A stretch of DNA of 7,852 nucleotides, taken from Octopus sinensis. Its lineage: Eukaryota. The notes under the pieces are model-generated. The model had not been told where the DNA came from. It made no database searches and was given only the letters and a program-made list of their open reading frames with translations. The stretch spans positions 1 through 7,852 of the forward strand of contig NW_021828726.1 in NCBI RefSeq assembly GCF_006345805.1. Reading direction: 5' to 3'. The position numbers and the translations under genes are program-made. Shown piece by piece: positions 1-7,319 of this stretch. Each line of letters begins with the position of its first letter. Position 1 is the stretch's first letter.

Positions 1-266
1 CGTTTAGATACTGTAAGATATAGTGTCTCACTAACTTCTCAAAAACTCGTCGTATTCGTGCTTTTACCCGCTATTTTAGAACCAGCCTTATTGTTTTAAT
101 AATTTAATGGAAATTTTATTACTCCACTCGTAACTTATTTGATAAAATTAGGTTTGCAATACTCTTTTAAGAAGATATTTTATCTTCCCAACGTTTTGCT
201 CTACATTTTCACAAGCATTCTTCCATTCTCTATCCATTTCTGACCTATCTTTGTTTTAGTCTGCTT

Positions 267-320
267 CATACACACACACACACGCACGAACGCACACACA
301 CATACACACACACACACACA

Positions 321-368
<48 letters not shown>
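267..368. repeat. (CA)n microsatellite, slightly interrupted
   Basis: About 100 bp of CA units with a few cg/ta interruptions, read directly. It explains the VCVCVC ORF 266..451. Confidence 0.97.
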
Positions 369-372
<4 letters not shown>

Positions 373-414
373 TATATATATAAACATGTATGTGTATAGG
401 TACATATCTATTTA

Positions 415-630
415 TGTGTGCCTTTGTGCCTGTGTTTGTCCATCCCATCACCGCTAGACAACCGGTATTGGTGTCTTTACGTTCCCGTAACTTAGCGGTT
501 CGAGAAAAGACAACGACAGAATAAGTACTAGGCTTTAAAATATATATACTGGCATCTATTTGTTCGACTAAAATTCTTCAAGGTAGTAACCCAACAAGGC
601 CACAGTCAAATGACTAAAACAAGTATAAAA
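415..630 (+). mobile_element. SINE 3' half (Octopus-type, microsatellite-associated), copy A; 5' head not seen
   Basis: Aligns by eye at roughly two-thirds identity over ~190 bp to the reverse complement of 2256-2460. Shared blocks include tttgtcc, ggtatt, agaataa, atttgt..gactaaa and gact..caagta. It also resembles, from memory and not a database search, an abundant Octopus SINE 3' region (...GTAACTTAGCGGTTCGGCAAAAGAGACCGATAGAATAAGTACTAGGC...CCAGCATGGCCGCAGTCAAATGACTGAAACAAGTAAAAG). It ends in an A/T-rich tail. Confidence 0.85.
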
Positions 631-649
631 ATATATATATATATGTACT

Positions 650-695
<46 letters not shown>
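630..695. repeat. (TA)n microsatellite at the SINE tail
   Basis: Pure AT alternation at 653-695 (43 nt), plus a shorter run at 630-644. Confidence 0.97.
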
Positions 696-697
<2 letters not shown>

Positions 698-732
698 ACA
701 CACACATTCATGATATATACATAAATGAGCAT

Positions 733-736
<4 letters not shown>

Positions 737-766
<30 letters not shown>
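737..766. repeat. (TG)15 microsatellite
   Basis: Read directly. Confidence 0.97.
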
Positions 767-767
<1 letters not shown>

Positions 768-849
768 TGTATTCACACATGATGTTATTGTGAAGTATAT
801 AGAAACACACATACATCAAAGCATTACACATTCATACACGTTCACACAC

Positions 850-1345
850 ATTGCTCTGAAGCTGTTTTACCGTAAAAATGGAGAGTTAGTTTTTCAATCT
901 TGAACGACATTATTTCAAATCTCACAACCTGATAAGAGACCTCTTGTACACTGATGACTGAGATATTATCAGCCGCAAAGAAAAAGTCTTCAAACCCCCT
1001 AAATGCATAAAATTTCATATGTTACGCCTCACAATAAATCTTGATAACACTTTCGTTCCGTATAAGATCAGCCTTGTGTTATGAAATTCTTGTGTGGATC
1101 CTACAATAACTCTGTATCGTAAAAATTCTACCGAATATAACAAGTATTGCGAATTTACAAATGGTATGCAAAAAAATCATGCATATCTTTTGGAAAATTA
1201 TAACCTTCAATATACGCATTATAATTTCAATATACGCATTATTTCTGGTTTGCTGTATGGCTGTGAAACGTCGACATTGTATTAAACTATCTTAAAGACA
1301 ATCTTGAAAGGAATATGGAAGTCTTCCTTAGGTTTTAGGGTAAGC
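850..1345 (+). mobile_element. Decayed RTE-clade LINE fragment (reverse transcriptase pseudogene)
   Basis: Motifs occur in collinear order. YRKNGEL (868-888) is followed, after a frameshift, by FNLERHYFKSHNL-IRDLLYTDD*DI (893-967; family pattern YRxDGxLFNLxR...IRDLLYADDC). Then come RLTINLDNTFV (1025-1057; cf. GLTINLKKTxV), LLYGCETSTLY (1250-1282; cf. LLYGCETWTLY) and, after another frameshift, LKDNLERNMEVFLRF*G (~1291-1340; cf. LERFHQRCLRxILG). In-frame stops and frameshifts show it is dead. Confidence 0.88.
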
Positions 1346-1659
1346 GAATATTTTCTTGTGTCATAATAGACCGGGGTGTTTATTTTGAAAATATTTACTT
1401 AAATTTACAAATTTCAATGGAAATGAAAGAAAAAGAGAATCTCATAGATAATACATATAAACGCACATACGAAAATAAAAGACACGCACTCATACGCACA
1501 AACAGACACACAAACACATACGCACTAGCATATAATTTTGTATCTGATACAACGAGTCGTAGGTGGCCGAACTCTAGTCTTCTGAACAGGTACTTCAAGA
1601 GCTTCTCTCTCTCCGCTCATGCTCTCTGTGTGTATGTATGGTGCATATCTAAGTAACCA

Positions 1660-1710
1660 TACATATGTATGTATGAATGTATGTATGTATGTTTGCATGT
1701 ATGTATATAA

Positions 1711-1751
<41 letters not shown>

Positions 1752-1845
1752 CATATACATATATATGGATATACATACATGTATATATGTATATATGTAT
1801 GTATGTGTGTATATGTATATATATGTGTGTGTGTGTGTGTGTCTA
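1660..1845. repeat. Compound (TATG)n/(TA)n/(TG)n microsatellite
   Basis: Read directly. It explains four overlapping YI/CV-rich ORFs. Confidence 0.95.
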
Positions 1846-1879
1846 TGGCTATGTATGTACGTACTTTATAATGCATGTA

Positions 1880-2120
1880 TATCTTAGTGCAAAACCGGTG
1901 TCGAGGCTGTCTTTCAGCCCACATTCTATGAATATTGCTCTCCTCATCTCCTATCCTCTTCACCATATATCTAAACACACATAATTCTAGTCTTCCAAGT
2001 GCCATATATTTTCCAAAATTGAAGAACTTCCATGAGCAGAGATATCAAAACACCAAAATAGAATCACTGTAGATATCAAGGAATCAGTCTTATTCTTGAT
2101 TCTCCGAAGACTTGAAGAAC
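1880..2120 (-). mobile_element. Possible very old RTE-like LINE remnant (post-RT region)
   Basis: Weak. Minus-strand SLRRIKN is followed roughly 35 codons later, across frameshifts, by RLELCVFRYMVKRIGDEE..RQPRHRF, loosely like CLRRIL...RLRWFGHVxRM...RPRxRW. Confidence 0.2.
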
Positions 2121-2255
2121 GTGCACAAATATTTCAGGTATTTTTATTAGGTTGAGATACAAATATTGACTTAGATGTGATATAAGTAAACAATATATTC
2201 ATGAGGAAAATTTGGAAAAATACAATCAAGGGGAATCGTGGCGAAAAATATACTC

Positions 2256-2490
2256 ACTTTTATTGTTTACTTGGTTCAGTCTTCGGCTGTAGCCATGCTG
2301 GGCACTGCTTTCAAAGGTTTAGTCTCACAAATTGATTCCGGTAATTAGTTTCTCAGAGTTAAGTAGTTATTCTATCGATGTTTGCCGGGCCGCCAGATTA
2401 TGCGGACCTAAAGAAACTAATACCACCTGTCAAGTGACGATGAAGGACAAATGCGACCCAAATATGATGATACACACGCATGTATACATA
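2256..2490 (-). mobile_element. SINE 3' half, copy B, same family as 415-630, inverted
   Basis: Its reverse complement (tttgtccttcatcgtcacttgacaggtggtattagtttcttta...gatagaataactact...atttgtgagactaaa...cccagcatggctacagccgaagactgaaccaagta) aligns collinearly with copy A. A short CA/TA-like stretch at 2470-2495 sits where copy A has its TG-rich lead-in. Confidence 0.82.
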
Positions 2491-3128
2491 TGCATACTTC
2501 CTACGATCCGCTGACGATATTCATATCCCGATTTGTTTTCACATATTTTGTTCGAGAAGATAATTTACTCCAGAGTCTACTTCTCCGGTTAAAAGTCTTC
2601 CCACATCTGAGTGCAACCAAACGCATAAAATTTTGCACGCAATTATATTTTATTCAAAGCTACTTCGTGTAACTCTTGTTATTCAATTCCATGACCAAGT
2701 GTTACTGTTTACTTTTATGAATACGAACTACCACTCTTGCGGAGCTGTGAAAGACGAATTTGGCATTCGTAACTGACAACGTGCAATGACGCAGAAATGC
2801 GTGCGTCCTTTTATCCTATTGTGCTTCTGCGTATTTTTTATGTGATAAGAATTTTCTCTCGCAACTATTTCCACAGTGAAGGGTCTTCCAACGTTTGAGT
2901 ACATACGAACGTATTAAATGTGGTTGTGCAAAATCATATAATATTAAAATCATTAATATTCTTTATGCCCAGTAAATACTTAGATACTTCAGACCTGAGC
3001 AATTGGAGACTCTCTATGAAACGAATGTAAGATCCACATTTAAGTACACTGTGTGCACCTTTCCTAGTGTTGTGCTGTACTACATTCATAGCAAAGATAT
3101 TCCGGCTTATTAGCAAAGACGTACTCAC

Positions 3129-3445
3129 AAATACATTATATCCACATATAGCCACATAGCAAAGCAATCAAAACATGCTTTCAGCACATGACTGGTATAA
3201 ATTAGACTCCAAAATAATGAAAATATGGCTGACATCAGTTTTCAGGCGCCCTAGCGAATCTGTCGTCCATCGGGCTGATAATAACGATATGAAGAATAAG
3301 AGTAAGAATAAGAATAAATAACAAGAAAAAGAAGACGAACTCCATCATAGACAAATAAAGAATAACAACAGACAAACATGAAGACATCGTTACTTCACTG
3401 CACCGATGAAATATCAATTAATGTCCATGAAATTACGAAGAAAAT
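3129..3445 (-). other. Candidate minus-strand exon (non-coding or partly coding)
   Basis: Acceptor catttcgctcatttgttacag| (exon starts 3445) and strong donor TTT|GTGAGT (intron starts 3128). An alternative inner acceptor tctaatttataccag| gives a 63-nt exon (3191-3129) open in one frame (HVLKACFDCFAMWLYVDIMY). The 317-nt version has stops in all frames. No homology recognised. Confidence 0.2.
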
Positions 3446-3804
3446 CTGTAACAAATGAGCGAAATGTTGAAGGATAATTGTGTATGTAATACATTAAATT
3501 ATCAGTAAAATATTAATTTTTCTCTCATTTAATAATATATTGCGAATGTTCGCACTAATAAACGATTAGCTATCAGGTGTAAATACACTGATGAGCACAA
3601 GTCAGACCACTCCTTGACATATCCAGTCCTTCACAAAAATACATGGTAATTGATTCAAATAAAATAAAACATACATTCACTTCAAGGTTAAACGGTGAAT
3701 CCCTTCAATAAATTTTCTGTAGAGAAAAAACAAAAAATATAAATAAATAAATAAAAAAACAATAGCCTACAAAAACGCTGTTTTACCAGAAACAACTCTT
3801 AATA

Positions 3805-4053
3805 TTGGGTGGGTGCATAATTATTGCGGCAATTTTTCAACAAATTTTATTCAACAAAAACAATAAAAACATAACAAAAACATCTTTCAATGATTATTCC
3901 CAAGCATGTTCACCATCTACTTCAATTACTGCTTTCCATTTGCTTGGCAGATGGTCAGACCGTCATTTAAAGATGTTTTTGATAAATATTGTTATTGTTT
4001 TCGTTGAATAAAATTTGTTGAAAAAAAGCCGCACTAATTATGCACCAACCCAA
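3805..4053 (-). mobile_element. Mariner-derived MITE, 249 bp, ~90-bp terminal inverted arms
   Basis: Left arm 3805-3893 and right arm 3963-4053 are reverse complements with about 9 mismatches and a 2-nt indel. The termini TTGGGT(T/G)GGTGCATAATTA(T/G)TGCGG resemble the Hsmar1/MADE1-type TIR TTAGGTTGGTGCAAAAGTAATTGCGG. It is flanked by TA (3803-3804) and TG (4054-4055, probably a mutated TA target duplication). Confidence 0.92.
3894..3956 (-). pseudogene. C-terminal 20 codons plus stop of a mariner transposase, inside the MITE
   Basis: Translates DHLPSKWKAVIEVDGEHAWE*, matching the mariner C-terminal pattern GIxxLPxRWxKVIxxxGxY. A 1-nt frameshift just upstream would restore ..DGL-DHLPSKW. Confidence 0.8.
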
Positions 4054-4780
4054 TGAGATAGTATTCAAGATAATTGTGAAACCTCCAACAAAAGGTTGGT
4101 TTATATTCTTAAAAGCCTGCATATAAAACAGAAAATGTGTAAATGGTCACAAGAGAAATGCGTTTTTAAAATACATAACTATTTTACAGCAACAATCTAC
4201 ACCACATCGAGACTACAACAGCACATAAGCACACTCATTTGGAGAAAAAATAGCATAAATTTAAAAGTAATTCTGGGCCTTAACATAGTAAATAATTTAA
4301 GATGGTATCATAAAACTAGAAAAATATATGAGGCACTGAAATAATGAGAGTTAAAAGAAAGAATACGCAACGAAAATACAAACAACTAATAAAAGAAGAC
4401 AACAACAACCCAGACAACTTGAATAAACATATTAAAGTTTAAAACATAGAAAGCATAAGCTGAAAAGATACGTCTAGCCTATGTAACATAAGCAAAATAA
4501 CAGGACTCAAAGTGTAACAAGCCTCAGGCGATATACATAAGCAAAACATCATAGATTTACATTTACACATGTTGAGTTCATCCATCTAAGACTTACATTT
4601 ACGATCCTTCGTATATTTCTATCTTGTTATTTTTAGGCATGTTGCAGAAATCGACATTTTCTAGCGTTAAATTTTTTAAAAATCCAAATATGGTTAATGC
4701 AGCTTTTAATTAAATCTGTTGATGTTGGCATATTTTCATTATGTTTCAATTTTTGAGGATTTTTCTTTTTTCGAATTTAT

Positions 4781-4897
4781 TCACAAAATTCGAATGTAAG
4801 TTTTTGCATAATTGTTCCAAATTTTAACTAACCCCTTCCGTAGAATATCTTCTTTCTTCACTTTGTTCCAACCTACTAGAAGGTTCGAAATTCCATT
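4781..4897 (-). pseudogene. Possible pogo/Tigger-like transposase remnant
   Basis: NGISNLLVGWNKVKKEDILRKGLVKIWNNYAKTYIRIL* loosely resembles the AWxxV....I...WxKLW motif that follows the DDE_1 domain. No TIR or catalytic motif seen. Confidence 0.2.
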
Positions 4898-5207
4898 TTA
4901 ATCAAGGACTAATATACAAAATTAAGACCCGGGCGGAGAACAACACTGCATATAGAAAAAATCCATCTCTCAAGATATAAACAAGTACTATTAAACGTAC
5001 ACATAGTGAGACGTGCGAAGATTCTCCAACCAAACTTCAAAATTTTTCGCTGCATGCCAATGCAATAGAATAACTTCTGTACAACAACAGTTAAGTAAAT
5101 AGACTAGATTTATTGAGAAATATCACTCGTGCCTGAATATGAATATATAACCAATTTTGGACTACGTGAATATTTTAGTTCATAAATATATATCTTTTAA
5201 TCTACAG

Positions 5208-5235
5208 AAATCAATTCATTTTCCACAAAAGAAAG
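5208..5235 (+). other. Candidate 28-nt micro-exon
   Basis: tcttttaatctacag|AAATCAATTCATTTTCCACAAAAGAAAG|gtaatt: consensus-like acceptor and donor, no stop in any frame. Could be chance in AT-rich DNA. Confidence 0.15.
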
Positions 5236-5777
5236 GTAATTATCTTTTCTACTTCTAATAATAACATTCATTTACCTAAAATTTATTTACCTCCCATTCA
5301 TTTACAAAATATCTATCCTCCTACGAATATAAAATGAAAATTGTGTATGATAGCATGACATTTTAAAGTATCGCTTACTACTTAGTCATGATTAACATAA
5401 TCGAAACCGGTCGACTATGTAAATATTTTATTTCACAAAAGTATTGATATTTTTCCTACGTAAAATTTCTGTACTCTTTCCATCTTTTTATATTATTTAC
5501 TTCAATTCACCACGTGGAATTTTTTTACTCGAAACATATGCCTGTTTGTTTGTGTATGTGAGTGTCTATGTATGTGTGAGTCTGTGCATGTACGCGCGCG
5601 CGTGTTTCTGTGTATATCCGTATTTCTCAATGCAATACATGCTCACAAACACATATACATCACACTATATTATATCCACCCCAACTCATATATGTCACAC
5701 GTAAAGCTCCAACCACATGCATCCTATGTTGGAAGAGGCGCGCATATGTGATAACTAATATTTCACCACAAAAACAA

Positions 5778-5826
5778 ACTACTACTACTACTATTGTTAT
5801 TTATACAACCACCACCACTACTAATG

Positions 5827-5868
<42 letters not shown>

Positions 5869-6310
5869 TAACTACTACTACTATTGCTATTGATATTTAT
5901 AGAACTACCACCACCACTACTACTGCTTCTACTACTATTACTATAACCACTACTACTATTACTATTGTTATTCATACAACCATCACCACCAACACCACTA
6001 CTACTACAACTATCACCACCACAACTACCACCTTATCTCTACAACTACTACTACCACCACTACAAAAGCTAGACATGTTACTAGTAGTACTATTAATACT
6101 ACTACTACTACTACCACTAAAACCACTCTCATTCTAGGTACCAGTAATACTAACATTGATCCTCAAATCACCACCAATAACAACATAACAAATTCCAATA
6201 TTACTACTAACATGACAACCATAAGCTCTAGCACTAGCATCAGCACTAAAACTACAACTAATATTATTACTACTCCCACAACCACCTCCACCACCACCAC
6301 TACTGTTACT
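5778..6310. repeat. Degenerate (ACT)/(ACC)/(ATT) trinucleotide tract
   Basis: About 530 bp of 3-periodic, G-poor sequence. It is the source of the poly-Thr (+) and poly-Ser (-) ORFs, and the register shifts within the tract. Confidence 0.93.
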
Positions 6311-6379
6311 TCCTCCCTTTTCTCTATTCGTCTTCACGATGATTATACTGATGACGATAATGGTAATGATTAAGGTCGT

Positions 6380-6439
6380 GATCCTCTTCCTACACCTCCT
6401 CTTTCACCTCCTCTTCCTCCTCTTCTTCTTATTATTATT

Positions 6440-6515
<76 letters not shown>

Positions 6516-6524
6516 TATTATTAT
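6380..6524. repeat. Degenerate (CCT/TCT)n, then (TTA)n-(TCA)10-(TTA)n
   Basis: Pure (TCA)10 at 6441-6470 is embedded in TTA repeats. Confidence 0.95.
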
Positions 6525-6692
6525 CTTTCTTACCGTTTATCTTTTCGTCAATACATTACTACAATGGTGTCATTATCTCAATCAGTATATTCCCCACCTC
6601 ACTTTCTCTCCTACCCTCCATCTCTCTCTCTTTCTTCCCTATCCATGCCTCCTACCTTACGTTGAAATTCGATCCCGCCTCATATCTTTTCT

Positions 6693-6716
6693 GTCAGTAA
6701 ACCAAAGTTTACTGAC
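6693..6716. other. Perfect inverted repeat: 10-bp stem, 4-nt loop
   Basis: GTCAGTAAAC-CAAA-GTTTACTGAC; the arms are exact reverse complements. Function unknown. Confidence 0.9.
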
Positions 6717-6754
6717 CAACCACCACATGACACCGTAACTTCCTTTCAAAATAT

Positions 6755-6868
6755 AACAGCAACAACAACAAACAAGCAACAAGAATCACAACAATATCAA
6801 CTACAATAAATAAACACGAGGAAGAAGAACAAAAACAACAGCAACAACAACATTCAAAACAACAATAC
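6755..6868. repeat. Degenerate (CAA)n tract
   Basis: Interrupted caa/cag runs, read directly. Confidence 0.8.
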
Positions 6869-6920
6869 AAAACTGGTGATAATTGTAATCCAAGAGAGAT
6901 ATAAAAGAAAGGGATAAAGG

Positions 6921-6976
6921 CATACATACATACATACACACACACATACATACATGTACATATATACATATATGTA

Positions 6977-7035
<59 letters not shown>

Positions 7036-7057
7036 GTTATATATATATATGTTTTAG

Positions 7058-7097
<40 letters not shown>

Positions 7098-7312
7098 TTA
7101 CATATATATAGGTGTGTGTGTGTGTATAAAAAAATATATACGCTTACAAGCGCACATACATATCTATATATACTGTATATGTATATGTGTGTGCGTGTGT
7201 TTGTATGAGATATACATGCACATACCTAGATGTGTATGTATGCATGCATGCATGCATGCATGTATGTATGTATGTATGTATGTATGTATGTATGTATGTA
7301 TGTTGTGTGTGT
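6921..7312. repeat. Compound microsatellite (TACA)n/(TA)n/(TG)n/(ATGC)n/(ATGT)n
   Basis: Read directly; includes (ATGC)5 at 7240-7259 running into (ATGT)n. Confidence 0.96.
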
Positions 7313-7319
7313 GCAAAGA

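Noticed and set aside
150-255. Minus-strand frame NKDRSEMDREWKNACENVEQNVGKIKYLLKRVLQT, vaguely like a LINE endonuclease-RT linker
   Set aside because: Only ~35 codons bounded by stops, with no diagnostic motif or supporting neighbour.
266-831. ORFs 266..451, 610..903 and 649..831 rich in VC/YI/HT dipeptides
   Set aside because: They are translations of CA/TA/TG microsatellites. Only the last codons of 610..903 (YRKNGEL) are meaningful, as part of the LINE fossil.
1395-2005. Cluster of six overlapping ORFs
   Set aside because: They are driven by the compound microsatellite, with no recognisable domain or consistent splice signals.
2495-2575. Possible continuation of SINE copy B toward its tRNA-derived head
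   Set aside because: Only patchy similarity to a remembered consensus, and no A/B boxes identifiable.
2788-2832. Competing stems GACGCA/TGCGTC and ACGCAGAA/TTCTGCGT (switch-like)
   Set aside because: Stems of 6-8 bp are within chance expectation, and there is no context for a switch.
3235-3417. Hydrophobic 60-aa ORF resembling a transmembrane micropeptide; stop codons in neighbouring frames as possible editing or readthrough sites
   Set aside because: The hydrophobicity follows from T-rich (CTTATT)-like repeats. There is no homology, SECIS or other support for recoding.
4096-4344. 82-aa plus-strand ORF
   Set aside because: It has a non-ATG start, the composition of random AT-rich DNA and no recognisable motif.
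4486-4546. 12-bp direct repeat ACATAAGCAAAA (4486-4497, 4535-4546) as a possible target-site duplication
   Set aside because: The repeat is A-rich, and the 37-bp interior has no element features.
5504-5521. Near-palindrome around the E-box CCACGTGG
   Set aside because: A single short motif with no supporting context.
5610-6137. 175-aa Thr-rich mucin-like ORF
   Set aside because: It has a non-ATG start and no signal peptide, lies in a degenerate trinucleotide tract, and the repeat register shifts to poly-Leu within the ORF.
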